Source: Zygnema circumcarinatum SAG 698-1b (Eukaryota > Plantae > Zygnematophyceae). From it: 64,000 nucleotides of DNA. The notes beneath the pieces are model-generated. The model was not told the DNA's origin. It worked only from the letters and a program-made list of their open reading frames with translations, and did not search any database. Positions 11,216 to 25,000 of this stretch are shown piece after piece. A program made the translations under genes and the position numbers. How positions within the stretch are numbered: the first letter of the stretch is position 1; every line of letters starts with the position of its first letter. Where the stretch lies: assembly GCA_037447605.1 (NCBI GenBank), contig CM074804.1, positions 1 to 64,000 of the forward strand. Reading direction: 5' to 3'.

Positions 11216-14200
11216 TTAACCGGTAACAAACTTCACACCCTTCTCGATAGAAGACGCCAATTCCGGAATAGCAGCCGTCAATGCAGCTTGTTCATAATCG
11301 CTCAACAGCCCGAGGTCGTGGACATGCTCGGCTCCGTTAGGTCCTAACGTCACCTGCCAACAAACAAAATCCAATCCTCATCCAATCACGCGTTCAGAAA
11401 GAAAGATGGTATCCAGCTAACCAAACGGCCAAGTCCGACAAAGGGTTCTCCCCCACTTCCCTCCAACACCACAACAGCCAATACAAAACACAATCATCAA
11501 AACTATTCGGCAATCTGACTCATCAAGAATCTGGACAAGACTCTCTTTACCTTAGATGCAAAATAGGGGACTTCTGTGATGGAGGAGGCCACATATGCAC
11601 ATTCAGTAACTGCATGGCCCTGTAGGCCCTTCAATAAGGCTTCTCCAAAGAGAGCTCCAGCGTATCTGCAGAAAACGTAGTGTACACTCTGCACATTAGT
11701 GAAATATTCTTCTATAAGATGATCCATAACGTATACGAATCTTAACCTGTTCTTCGCTGCTCATCTGAAGAAAGCAGAAAGAAGTTGCAAAAGACATTTC
11801 TGCCACAATTGCGGCGTGGATCCTGTTATGACCAGAAAAGAAGGCGTAGATGTATAGTGAAGGTTTAAGGTGCATACGCCATGGAGAGTGTGGCTGAACC
11901 TTTTCCAGCCTTAGCTTGCACAACTTCAGTTCCACCATCTTGCGTCCTCTTGGTCAAGGCATCAAGCTCTTCGGGTGTCAGCTCGACTTTCGGCGTTGCC
12001 TGCAAAACATTCCACCAATGTAGACACTGGATTGAGCAAAGCCCCAGGAAGCGATTGCAACCGAAATATGCAAACAGCATAAAAATTGGCACACCTCAAC
12101 CTAAGCTCAACTATAGCCTAGCATAACTCACCGCAAAACTCACATTAACCTTCGGAAAGTTAACAGAGCACAGCTGTGCTCAGACATGGCAAAGCACCTT
12201 AAATGACAATCCTCTAGGTGTCCACCTAAAAGACGTGCCTTCACTTCTAGGATACACGCAGAGAGGGATGCATTCACGAAACAAGACGACTTTCCGTCCA
12301 AACAGTGAACCCACCTTTAGAAGCATGTAAGATGGACAAACTTTTCAACCGGCCCCAAACGAATCAACGCTAGCGAACTTACAACTACTTCAAAACGACT
12401 GATGCATACAGAGGCTAAAGAAAAAAAGAGACCAGTGTAGTTCAGTAAGGGTTTACTCAATGCGAAAGAGTGTCCCTCCTCAACATTCATACCTGTGAAA
12501 ACAAGGGTATAATAGTGATGCCAGCATGCCCTCCAACAACTGGGACATCCACATCTGTCGAGGAAAACCGCGATGAATATTGCTGGTATCAGTCACCTTC
12601 AATAACTGTTTCCACAGTATGTCAAACATATAACCCATGGATCGAACAAAGACGGGATTCGTTTCGAGGCAACATACGACCTTCCTCTCCATGGCATCAT
12701 CCCCAATTAACTTGGTATTGACACAAAGTGTAGAATCTCTAACTAGTTTAAAAAATCAGACCAATTCGATGTCATGCTTGCTACATCAGTGGAAACATGG
12801 GATGAAAGGAATCCTATGAGTTGAACACGCACACAGCTCCTTCATCATGTGTATAATGACCCATGACTGCCAAAAACACGCTCAGGAATACAAAGTGGTG
12901 ATAGTAAACATCTTACCACTAGCATCCAAACCTTTGAGACCGGCGTAGAAAGTGCGAGCCCTGACGACATCCAAAGTCGTGACGCCAAATAGCCTTTTCG
13001 GATCCCAAGTTCCCGCACGCTTGAAGACTTCAGCTGCAATAGGAACCGTAGAGTTGACAGGGTTGCTGATCATTGCAACCATAGCCTGCAAACGAGTATC
13101 ACCTTCAGATCCAGCATCGACAAGAATCATTCTCAATGCAATAAAAAATAGATTACCATTGAAGACCTTCATTTAGCCATTGTTAGAAAATAGATAAATG
13201 TTACTCGCCTCTCACTTCTGTATCCAATCAGGTAATACTTGAAAGATTAGCTTCAAGTTCCGCGAACACAGCACAGCTGTAGCATACAAATGGGCATTTG
13301 TCGACATTACCATACGATTAGCATTTGAAGTAAGCCAAAATTTGAGTTTAGCAAAAAACTAAGAACAAAGCGCCGACCAGTCAATAAAGGGAAGAACAGA
13401 ATATAAGACACGAATGTGAGAAGTCAGTAATTGGACTAGGATGACAACGGCAGAAAAGGATATGCTACCAGAAAACAATTATTCGTCACAGATTTAAATG
13501 TCGGAATCCTGTTGACAACACATCCCAGCATGCGCTGAAGAAAGAGGGTAGGAGCTATGAAAAAAATGTCATACGATGCAGAAAACAACGCAATCGAAAC
13601 CAAATGATCTCAAACCCCTGCAGCATCAGCTCATCCACGAGAAAAGGAGAATGGGCGTAGACGACAATACCTTTGGGCAATACTTAGCCACGCCTTCAGC
13701 AAGACTTTGCACAATGCCCGCATTGATCTTGAACAGGTCATCCCTCGTCATGCCTGGCTTACGCGGAACACCTGCGGGAATGATGACCACATCAGCTCCA
13801 GTCAAGGCACCCTCCAGCTGCTCCTCACCTACGAATCCGGAAGTCTGCAGCAAGGCGAGAACAGAGCACAAAGTGTGAGGACTCCTTACAAACTGACGAC
13901 GAAAGGAAGCATCATCAACTGGAATGAAGCTATACAATTTTCATCACTACGAAATGCAGAAGAAATCAGCTTGAATTAGTCGAGTTGATAGATTACGACT
14001 GTTGCACAGCAACGTCCTCAGATATTCTCCAGGCAACAAAACTGAGATTTGCTCAGATCAGCACCGCTATGACCTAAGCAAGGCTGGAAAACCGTACAGC
14101 GCACCAGAACTAAAATTGGCCAAACCTCGGAGGATCGGACGGCACAAAAGAATAATGCACGCAAGAGTAATGAGCGGAATGCAGAGGAGCAGGCAGGAGC

Positions 14201-14440
14201 GGGAAGGGAGCTGACATGCGCCGGGGTGTTAATGTGGCTGATGTCAGCAGCCACGCCAGGCGTGTTGGCGATATCGAAGAGGGCCAGATCCGCCACGAGC
14301 GGGTTGAGCTTCATGAGGAGGCCCAGTGGCTGCCCGATGCCGCCCGCAGCGCCAAGCACCGCCACCTTGTGGCCGGCGGGGGCGGCGGCGGACGAAAAGG
14401 CCCTCAGTACTACGGGAAGCACACTCCGCAGGGGCGCCAT
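11216..14440 (-). CDS. MDH: NAD-dependent malate dehydrogenase, probably mitochondrial; 7 exons
   Basis: [20 protein letters not shown] (Rossmann fold), [87 protein letters not shown], then ..[10 protein letters not shown] and stop at 11216-11218; short Arg/Ala/Ser-rich N-terminal presequence. Confidence 0.97.
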
Positions 14441-14813
14441 GGCGGCAGCGGCGAGTACGAAAGACGGCGAGAGAGGGCGAGAGAAGCGCGAGGGCGAGGG
14501 CGAGGGCGAGGGCGAGGGCGAGAACGAGAGCTAGAGTGGGCAGGCGGACGCGGAGGGAGGCCGTCCGCCTGTGGAACCTTCGGAGACGTACGTGTACGGC
14601 ACCGAACCACACGGAACCATGTACGATCCGTACTGTTGCTGGGCCGTACAGTACCTGTGGACCCGTTTGAGGTGCGGTACGAACGGTACGATCGTACGGT
14701 ACGACGGCGAGACGGGGTCGGGGACGGGGTGGCGGAGCGCTCTACCTTCTCCCGCGGGCGGGCGAGCGGGAAGAGAGGGACGGAGAGACGGAGGGAGGGG
14801 AGGGGAGGGCAGC
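14441..14813. promoter_or_regulatory. Putative bidirectional promoter between MDH and the PTF2-like gene, containing a dense GTAC cluster
   Basis: Divergent ATGs at 14440 and 14814; about ten GTAC cores within 14588-14703; GC-rich with GA tracts on both sides. Confidence 0.6.
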
Positions 14814-17800
14814 ATGGCGGAGGCGGAGGCGTGCGCGAAGTGCGGCAAGGCGGGGGCGGGGGCGTGGGAGTGGGACGCGTGGGAGGGCGCGGACGCGTGC
14901 GCGGCGTGCGGGCTGCTGCGGCCCGCGGGCCTGCACGCGTGGGCGGGCCCCGCCCCGCAGGAGGGCGGCCGCGCGGCCTATCGGGGCCGCCCCGCTGCGG
15001 GCCGTCCGCCGTCCGACCAGAAGGAGCTCGCCAAGGTCTGCGCCCCCTCACATTTCCTTGCTAGCGGCGGTTGGGAAAGGACGTGTTGGAGTTAAGAGCT
15101 ATCACATTATGACCGTCGGAGTTATCGCCGTGTGGGTTCTAATCGTTTTCCAAAGGGCGTAAATGCAAACGGCCATATGCGACGTGCCCAAATTTTTTAC
15201 GATTATTTTAGACGTTCCTTTGTCTGTTATATTGGACTCCTTCGCTATTGGTGTTTCTTCCATCCAAGACATGCTCGGCCTATTAGTCCATTGAATTAGA
15301 GAATTTTTTGAATTGGCCATAAAGAATGGCTTCAGTGGACGGACAAGGTATCAAATGAAAGAAATTTTCCGGTTGGAGAGGGTGGATCACGAGAGGTTCG
15401 GATGGTGCGATGGACATAAGCATGCTGCCTGCAGTCCAGAGCTCACACTAGAATCACGTTTTGTTGTTGCTGTTGCTTGCATGATGAGGGCTGACTGGGT
15501 CACTAGGTCACTTATCGGTTTCTTCTGAGTTGGCTCACCATAGCAAATGAGCGAGGGCTTTTCGTTTTTATCTTCTTATCCTTAGTTTAGTTTCCTGCGG
15601 TCTCTGTGGATTGGCACTTTCCATTGTTGACGCAATGAAAAGTTACCCCCACCATCGCTGGCTCCCTTCCTCCGTAAGGAGTTTTGGTTGACTGAGCTAA
15701 TGGTGGCCACATGACTCAGAACATAAAAACGCTGCACATCCACGTAACAGATGTGCCTTGATTCTCAAGTTGAAGCCTCCTTAAGTTACTCCTTTGCTAA
15801 TGTTAGGGTCCAGAGACAAAGTCGGGAGAAGCTTCGGAGGCTGGCAGCCCAACTGCGGCTATCGACAGAGAGGGAAGAGGAGGCGGACGGGCTGTTGGAG
15901 GAGGCCACCGGCGGCGTGTACGGGACAGGGCACGCGGCGGAGGTCCTGCTGGCCGCGTGCGTGTACGTCGTCATCAGGAGGGCCGGCCTCGCAATGTCCG
16001 TCATGGAACTTGCTGTGAGTCTCGCCATCCATTTCGTCCTCTGCCGCAATTCTTCTTCTCTATTTTCACTTTCCCCCGTTTCTTCTTCCCGTCGTCTTGC
16101 GCGGTGTCTCCAGCCCTATCTTGCTACCTTCTGTTTTCCGCCCGGACCTTCTCGTTCTAGGTTATTTTATCCTGTGCACTCTTTCCTTCCTCCCTTTGAC
16201 TTCATCCCTTCTGCTTTCCAGGAATATTCCATTGCTCCACTCCACAGTTTCACAATTTCTCGTTCCCAAGCTCTCCCTTCTTTCTCTTTCCTCTCCTCTC
16301 CATTATCATTTTGCCATTATTTTCTTTCTAAAAAAAAGTAGATCCGCTTCCTTTTGTTCCTCTTACTTCTCCGTTCTCACCAACAAGTCTCTTTTGCCTT
16401 CCTAGTTTCTCTCTTGTTCTGTCCCATGCCGATTCTCGTCTCATTTGGCTTCTTTCAATTTCTGCACTTCTTTGCCATGCCTGCCCACACTACCTTCTAC
16501 CGCCACTGTAGCACTGAAGATTGCCTTCACGATGCTTGAACCGATTGGTGCCATTAGGACACTCTGCCGTGCGATGTTCGCGAGCTTGGCGGCACATATC
16601 GAAGGCTCTGCGCTCGGCTGAACGTTGCTTTGGTATGTGTCTCTGCTGCCACATTAGAGCCTGTACCATTTGATAGGCAGCACACAAGACCCAATAAACT
16701 CGAAAGCTTAAACTCTGGAGAAAAACTGTCCCCTCAGTACGTGTCGAAGCAAAGTAGTTTGTGCAATTGTCTTGGTTATTTTTATTTCAAGGTGGATGTT
16801 AGCATTGGGAAATTGGAAGTTACTGTACACCAAAGAAATGTGAGGATGGAGAGCCTCATGTTTAGAAGGAATGCCGGTGGGAGAATATAGAACTCTCGTT
16901 GCTACCTGAAATAGAGGTTTCCCTACAAGGATTTCATTGCTGTCTCCCATCTTACGGACTACGAGACCATCATGATCCGATTTTAGACCTCTCCAGCCCT
17001 AGATACTAAAGACTCCGAACTTTTCCCGTCTCCGTTGGAAGGCCTCCTTGGACTTAAACCATGCGAATCAAATTGCAGTGTAGAAGAGTTCGACCCCATT
17101 TTTCTCATGTGACATTATCATGTATATCCTGTATGGTCACACGCTCTGTTTTTCTCCCTTGTAACTGAACAATGGCTGTCTGCTGTAGTTTTTCACCTAA
17201 ATTATTCCACCTACTCCGTCATCCATTCCTCCAACCTTGTGAAATGGACTTCCTGCTTTTCCTGCAGTGTGAGATGTGTCGATCGCAAAGCTGATTTTTT
17301 TTCCTGGACATCTTTTGACGAATATAATGAATCCCCTTGTCTTCTACAAGTACGAGCATGTTTTTTTTTGACTTTGCACTATAATGTGGCGCATTGATAA
17401 GGCAGCCCGTGGTGGATCCCGCCGTGTTCATTGGCCGAGCAATCTCCGTGCTCCCTGCGTTTGAGGTGCATTTCTGCCTGCAACTGGCCCACTTGTACTT
17501 TGATTGTCTATAGACGTTAGGATGTGAGTTTGGTGTTGCGTTGGAGAGATGAGGTTTGGACTGTCTGCTGACTGTTGTCCTCAGGTCACGCTTAAACCAT
17601 ACAATAGTGAATATGTGTGTGGTTTGTCAATTGATGGTCTCTTGCAAGTTTGGTGACATTCCATTCAGAAGATTTTTGTGAAATTTGTCTGTTGTTGATA
17701 AGTCTAAAGTGGCGACGATGGGCGCAGCACTGGGGCTCTAAGTTTTGGCATTCTCTCTCTCTGCGATTGCTGCGGCCGCGTTATGGCTCGGCGGATGCTT

Positions 17801-20800
17801 CTCTGATTAGCCATTGACGGGGCCGACGCAGGGCAAGCCCGCGGCCAGCCGCCACGTGGCGGCGCAGGGCGCTCTCCTGGTGGAGTACGCGCGGCGGCAG
17901 TGGCTCCTCGCGGGCCGCAGTCCTCCCGCGGTCGGTAGAAGGGGAGGGATAATAACAATGCCTGCAACAGGCATGGAGGAACATAGGAATCTGCTTCCTC
18001 ATCGATGGGACCGATGAGCACTGTTCCCTATTTTGTCTATCTTATGGGTCACCTGACTTTGGTTGATTGCAGGTGGCAGCTGCTGCTTTGGCAATTGCAG
18101 CACAAGCAAATAAGGTAAACAGAAGGATGTTGTTAGACTTTCGGCCAACTTTGGCTGGTAGATCAGTCGTTGTCCTTTCATGGAGATCGAGCCACGGTGA
18201 ATTCTGTCCATGTCGTCAGCCTGATAGTGGCTGCTGACATGTGGTGTGCCAGGTGGCAGTTCCTGTGTCGGAGGTGAGCGCGGCGATGCACGCAGCTCTG
18301 AAGACTGCAGCGCTGCGCTACCGCGAGCTGCAGGTGTCGTATAATCCGCGACTTCATTTGTCCCTTTCCAATTCGCGCCTCTTTGGTTGCAGTCTTCTTC
18401 TCACCTTGAATGTCCTGATGGCGTCCCTTTGTGCGTTCCATATGAACTCGGCTGTTTCTCTCAACTGCTCTCCTGGCTTGATTGGTTTTCGTGAGTCTCC
18501 TGAACCCGCGAGATCGTTGGGATGTGGTAAGCAGACAACGCTTGTAAAACACGGTCGGAAAATAATGGGAGGTTGCGATATCAGCATTGACACGCTGTCA
18601 CATCATCTTCCTTTCCTGCTGCGGGTGAGAGCACGCCCCTCGCTCGGTCAGATGGGGTGCCTTAGATCTACCTCCGCATGGGTGAACGAGTGGGGTCAGC
18701 AGTCTGCCGTGAGAAGAAACTGTTTTTTTTTATTTATTTATTTATTGCGGAGGGAGGATATGAAGTGGACACTGAGTAGCATCTGTGGCGCCGTGTTTAA
18801 ATAGTTCTATCGAAAGACTTCTTGTCAGTGCTGCCCGTGCATGTGTATCCATAAGGATTCACTTGTTTTCTTTTTCACAGTCGTGATGACACACACATTT
18901 GCCTACGTTGTCCATTTGTCCGTCGCTCGCCTCCGGAAGACCACATGGTCTCATGATGGGCTACGCAACCTTTGACCAATGTTCAATGTCTCTGCGACTC
19001 TATTGTAGCTGTGTGGATGGCCTCGCTGCCAATGGAGCCACATTTACCGCATGTGGTTTTTGTTCATGGCGTTGTCATTCGCAGCATATTGAAGCAATTA
19101 TCAAGGCTGAAGATGCAGATGAATCAGCTGCTATAAAGGGCGAGAAAAGAGGACAAGAGACTTCAAAGAAGAGGAGCACGTCCGCCAGGCTGGGCCATGA
19201 CGCAGACATGGAAAGAGCTCCCAAGAAATCACACAGAAGCGGCCATGATGGGCTGATACAGGGAAGGACGAATGGGCGAGAGAATGTGCAGAATCTGGGG
19301 AGATTAGGCTCGGGCATAAATGGACAAGGGCCTCATAATACTGGAGCTGTGGCTGATTCAAATGTCGAGAGAGAAGGTGAGAAGCTTCTGGATGAAGGGA
19401 ATGCAGAGAGGCGGGTGATGGCTGAGGACATTGTGAAGAAAAGCACGGACAAAGGAGCCGAAGAGATGACCCGTGGCAGGGCCTTCTATGACGACGCTGA
19501 CCAATACCCCCCATCGTATTACGCAAGCTTGGTGGCTCGAGAGAGGTGAGAGGATACAGTTCCGATACAGCTTTGGCTGGACAAGCAGAAGAGCTTGTTG
19601 CTGACTTGGATGGCTCTCTGCGGTGTGGTCGTACCGACCCAAACCAAGAATCTGTATCTGGCTCGGGTTGGAATACTGCGCTTGCGAGTGTGCGTCTGCG
19701 CCAAGTGAGTGGTGCCGGCAGCTGGCACACGGCTTGCGAGGTGCGATGTGGGCGGAAGTTGACGAATTGCGAATCGGTTTCAGGCTGACTCGTGCTGTTC
19801 GGCAGCGCTGACTGTTTGAAAGCTGTGACAGCTGCATGCACTTTCGTATCGATCGGATGATGGACTAGGTCGAGCTTCTCTGCATGCCACAATGACCTGG
19901 TTCAGTTAAGAAATGGGCGTAAGAGGAAGGAAATGCTTAGGTGGAGGTTTCGCACAGAGAATGAGGGAAAACGAGGAGCACTACAGGCATATGTAGGATA
20001 TTTTGATGGATGGGGAATGAATTACTGTCAAAACTTGTACCACATGTGCTAACAGCAAAATGTTGATGTGCTGGCTTCGTTTCCTTCTTATGTTTCAGAA
20101 GACTACGGAAAATCTCCGCTGCGCAACGGCGTATTGCGGAGAGAAATGCATTAAAAATTGCAGAATTGAACCAGCTACAGGAAGGGCAAGGACACATGCG
20201 ACCAAGAGCCGGGTCTCATGCACCTGCCAGCGGAGCTATGGCTGCAAGAGATGGCGGAGGAGAACGGAACACGCCTGAAACGGACGGTGCAGTTGGAGCA
20301 GCCCTCGCAGTTTCCAACGGAGAAACCGAACGAGCTTTGGACGACGAGGACGAACTTATTGAACGGCTGCTGCTGGCGGGAGTAGGGCCTCGCCGCCTGC
20401 GCTTCCTCCTCGCTTGGTGACCCTCCGGCACGCTGTGTGGCCGGCCCATTGAGACCACCCTGTGTTGTGCTGAAACCTTGTTGTTGCAGGTAAACATAGA
20501 AGTCATTCTTTGTGGATATTACAAACACGCACTTGCTACTTCCGGCTTGGAAAGCCGGGAAGAGGAAGGGGAGCAGGAACCATGCATGCGAACTGTCCAA
20601 GAGGCGAGCATGCTTTACTTCTTTACCTTGACCTCTGGTGATTGCTTCATGTGTGGAACAAGCCTACACATTACAATGCCGAGTGCAATGAGTCTGGAGA
20701 CATCCTTTCTTCCCCCTCATCCTTGTTCCTTGGTTTCTTAGGTCATTTTTGCACCGTCCACACTGTCTTCTTCCATCTGTCGGTGCACTAGTTGAAGGTT

Positions 20801-21053
20801 TTTTCCCCTTTTATTCCTATTGGTCCATGCGATTTTGATTAAGTGCATAGCGCAGCATTGTTTTTTAGAATCGTTTGTATTTGAGAATTAGTGTGTACTG
20901 CTTTGAAAATGTTTGATGAGAAACCACTTTTGACGCCAGAATATTTTTTTTTTCAGGGATTGTTAGTTGTTCTTTGCCAATCACTGAAAATGATTCAAAT
21001 CCAAAGTTTTGTTGACTGGTGCAGGTGGCGCTCCTAAGGACTATCGGCGGTAG
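14814..21053 (+). CDS. PTF2: TFIIB-related factor, PTF2/BRF2-like; multi-exon, 3' end uncertain
   Basis: N-terminal zinc ribbon CAKC..CAAC; cyclin-fold exons GGVYGTGHAAEVLLAACVYVVIRR, QGALLVEYARRQWLLAGRSPPAV, VAAAALAIAAQANK, KTAALRYRELQ; C-terminal YPPSY..RRLRKISAAQRRI and DEDELIERLLLAG|VNIEVILCGYY resemble Arabidopsis PTF2 as recalled. At least one internal exon was not located; the last exon at 21025-21053 is tentative. Confidence 0.78.
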
Positions 21054-22113
21054 TTAATGCTTTTCTTATGGGGGAGAGGGTGAGCATAGTCCCGAGCAGC
21101 ACTTGGGTCCTGGCGAGGGAATGGACAGTATTGCGCTCTTGTGGCGTGGAGTGTGATCTGATGAAGGTGGGAGAGGGGTCGAGAGCCCATGGGCTCTCTG
21201 TCACTCCGGTAGCCTGCCATTGGCCTTTAGGGCCTTCAGCCTTTAGCCTTTCCCCTGAGGCGCACTGCGACCTTGCAGTAGGCGAGAGTGTGGGAGGGAA
21301 GAACGGGCTCCAAAGTTTGCGCCATATTTGAAGTGATGGGTATTACTGCCGTTCATTCGTCCGTACCGCTCTGAAAAAAAGTTCTTGGTCCTACTTTTGT
21401 AGTTCGAGTCGGATTCAAGTTTTATAACGAAATATAAGAAGGTCGCATTTGCGGCCATCCGTACCCTCCCATTGCCGCCGCCCGTCGGTTGGGCGCTGCC
21501 GAGTGTCAACCATTGGATTGTTTGTTGGTCCGCCACGCGGTGTTGCGGTGTTGTCACGATCGCCGCCATGCCCAGGTTTGGAGGAGCGAGCCGAAATGGC
21601 GACAACACAGTCTAGAGACTAAAAACAGAGATTGATTCCCGCAAAAAAAGAATGTGAGCATTTGCACTTCAAACCCTGCGTTTAAAGTCGTCACAGGTCC
21701 TGTAGCAGACAAAAATGAAGTTCTTAGAGTGAACCCTAAAAACCAAGACACAAGATAATCAAGTTCTGCACAAGAGTGTTACAATCGCCACAAACCGCTA
21801 GTGTTGGCTGCCGTGTTGGCTGTAAGGCAACCAACGAGGCTGCGCAACGAGAAAGACTCCCGTTTCTAAGTGCAGACCTCCCCGCGCCTTCGCTCAGACT
21901 GACTGCATGTGAGAGGGACTACGACCAAAAGTGTGAAGAATGCCATGCTCGCTCGCGTCACCGGAGGGTGAAATCTACGTGAAACAAATCTGGAGAGAAA
22001 CCCTAACCCAAGCTAACACGGTGTTTGCAGTTTCAGACGCACGAAACAACAAGGGAATTAAGCTGTTGTCTCGAATCAGGTATGGCAGATAAGTTTGTAA
22101 CTTGGAAGACAAC

Positions 22114-23797
22114 CTACGACCTTGTTGGGTGCTGATTGTAGTGCGCCTTCCCATCCTTCTTCTTTGCAGCCGCCAGCTTAGCAGCTCGTGCTGCCGCCTC
22201 GGCCTTCGCAACTGCAGCCGGATCATCCTTCTTGGATTTACTTCTCTTTAGAGACGCCAACTTCTTTAGCCGCTCTCTTGCATCCGTTGCCAGAGTATCA
22301 GATGCGGCGCCTTCTTCTTGAGGAGGATTCCCTGTACTAACACCTTCCCCTTTGCTTTCCTCAGTTGTCTGCTCCGAACCTCCTGGGTTATCTTCCTTCT
22401 CTTCCCTTACCTTGTCTTTCTTTGCCTTCCGTCTCCTTGAGCTTTTGCTTTCTAATCCACCACCATCTCCTGCAGCTTCTGCTTGTTCAACAGCATCCAC
22501 TCCTGCGGGTCCGCCGGCATGCGGAGCACCTGCATCTGTTGCACACTAAATGAGTATGAGCATCCCACAAAAAACAGTATATAACGCAGACGACCCTCCA
22601 AACAAAGACCGCAGACCGCAGTATTGTCAAGCCTTTCACCTATGGCAGAAGCTCCAAAAAGACTTCGATAATTCCCCGATAATTCCCCGGACTTCGAGGA
22701 AAGTCGTGAAAACTAATCACATGCGGCGGCAGACAGCCATGACAAGAAGTAACCATAGGAACGAGGAGGGAAACTAAGACCTTAAAAACACCTTCAGCTA
22801 CGAGGATGATTGTGTGGCGAGCAAAAGTCAACTCTAGACTCAAAAGAGAGCATACACCCAGGACACGTGAACGCAGCAATCCACGGGTCTCTTCTGACAA
22901 TGAGAACCACTGGCCAGCAACAGTTCTGCAACATAGCAAACGAGGGTTGTAATACGACGAATTTTGTGAAAACAGACCTAATCCACACATACTACATGAC
23001 TGATTAGCCACAGCAGCAATAAGATCGCGTGTACAGTGCACACAATAAACCTAGAGGCAGTAATACAGGTGAACGTCCGATTAACGGCTATATAGGAATG
23101 CGGTCAGAACAGTAAATTTCCCAGTAAGAATCCCATGTGAGTAAGGCTAGCAGACTGGCTGTTGAAAGGTGGATAGGTCTGCCAGCGTACCGCTCTTTCC
23201 GTTGGTATCAGGCAATCGAAACTGAGCCAGAACCGCCTCCAATTCTTCCATCTCTTTTTTCTTCTGCTCCTTCTTTGACAGCTGTCTTTCTGTCTCTTTC
23301 GGAGCAGCAGAGGGCGGTGCAAGTGCTTCGGGTTGCTTAGTGTCTGCCTCCTGCCTGCCAGCGGCATCCTCCTCGTCTCCCTCTGCATCATGCTCCTCCT
23401 CGGCCTCTCCCTCCCCCTCATCCTCGTCCTCTCCCTCGTCCTCCCCCTCGCTCTCCTCCCCCTGCTGCGCGGCAGACGCGTCTGCGGCGGCGGCAGCGGC
23501 GGGGCCCTGCGCGGGCGCGAGCGGGGGCGGGGCGGTGGTGGCGAAGTAGTCGTCGTCCTCCTCGTCGCAGTCGGCCCAGGACGTCACCGTCACCTGCGTG
23601 GGAGCCCAGAATTGCGGCGGCTCGTCCCTGCCCTCGCCCTTGCTGCTGCTGCTGCTCTGCTCGGCGCCGCCCGAGCTCCCATCGCGCCTCTCGCTCTTGC
23701 TCCTGCCTGGCTTTTTCCTGCGGCCTCCGAGCGCAGCAAAGATGTTGGAGCTGCTTATTGCCGGGAATCCATCATTTCGAGAGCTGCCTCCGACCAT
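22114..23797 (-). CDS. Conserved plant protein of unknown function, acidic and Lys-rich coiled-coil; 2 coding exons
   Basis: MVGGSSR..SNIFAALG..FWAPTQVTVTSWADCDEEDDDYFATTAPP, KETERQLSKKEQKKKEMEELEAVL, then after a phase-1 intron DARERLKKLAS..AEAAARAAKLAAAKKKDGKAHYNQHPTRS and stop; this motif pattern is seen in uncharacterised land-plant proteins. Confidence 0.82.
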
Positions 23798-24129
23798 CCT
23801 CGTCCTGTTGCGCCCTCTTCAGACAGCCTGCAATTCACCCGGCGCTCGCTTCTTCCCGGCAAGCAAGCAAGCAAGCGGGCGGGCGGGCGGCCCCTCGCCT
23901 CGCCTCGCCTCGCCTCGCGCCTTCCCCCTCCCCTCCCCGTCCGCTCCCCCCTCCTCCCTGTCCCCTCCCCTCCCCTCCTCTCCCCTCCGGCCCAAGCCAG
24001 GCTCTCTCCGAGCGCCCGCCTGCCCCTGCCCCGCCCCCGGCCCAGCGCCCGCCCGCCCGACAGCCAAAGGGGTGAGGGTTAAGGGTTGAGGGTTCAGCGA
24101 CGCCCTCCGTCTCCCTCCGCCCGCCGCGG

Positions 24130-24220
24130 CGCCGTACGGTGTTCGAATGCCCTCCTGCCCCGCCTGCCGTACAGATCGTACATGCCGTACACTCCCGAGG
24201 TGACGTACGGTCTGTACGGC
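24130..24220. promoter_or_regulatory. GTAC-core cluster in the divergent spacer between the unknown-protein gene and NAL1
   Basis: Six GTAC cores, mostly CCGTAC or GTACGG, in about 90 bp of GC-rich intergenic DNA between head-to-head genes. Confidence 0.5.
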
Positions 24221-25000
24221 AAGCGTCAGCCACCCGCCGCCGCCTTACGCCGACAACTGAAGGTTGCGTCAGTCGGTCAGTCGGTCAGTCCGTCCGTCCG
24301 TCCGTCCGTCCGTCCGTCCGTCCCGGGGGGACCGCGGGCAGCGCATGCGCGCTCACCTCCCCCCGCGCGGAGTGGAGAAGGGACGGAGGGAGAAAGAGAG
24401 GGGAGGGAGAGAGAAGAGAGGGAGAGGCAGCCCTCGCACCGCCCACCAGCGCCAGCGCCTGCCCGCTGCCCGTCGCAGCTGAGCTCAGCTGAGCGCTGTG
24501 CAACTCCCCAGCACCGTCTGTCTCCTTCTCCGGAGCTTCACTGCGAGGAGGCAGGATGGTCTGATGGCGTTCCCAGGAGGGGTGGCTTTTTTTTCCAGAA
24601 AGGCTTCACTTTTGTAGGCGCGACCCCATCAGCTGAAGACAGCTGCAGGACGACACCTGAGCCCATGAGCAGTCGTTTTTCAACGCTACATCAATGCTAG
24701 TAAAGGGCTTGCGCTTGATCAGTGTCCGGTTAAAAGGTAAGGTTAGATTTCCCCATCGAAATTCCATGCGGAGCTGTGATAGTACAATTCTTTTTAAGCT
24801 GAGCTTCTGCCGCTGTGCGCCGCGACACCGCAGCCTACCTTGCACCGGTTGGTTTCTCGGTCTTGTGTATGGGCTCTTTCTGATCACTCGTCCGCCTCCT
24901 CCATGCTGCTGTTCTGCAGGAGAGGACGGGGTTTCTCGCCACCACCACCGCGCCAGATGGACCTTCTGAAGTCGAGCACAAGCCAAACCGCCGATCCAGC

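Noticed and set aside
21181-21198. Perfect 18-bp palindrome GAGAGCCCATGGGCTCTC
   Set aside because: Isolated, with no associated structure or repeat; no function can be supported.
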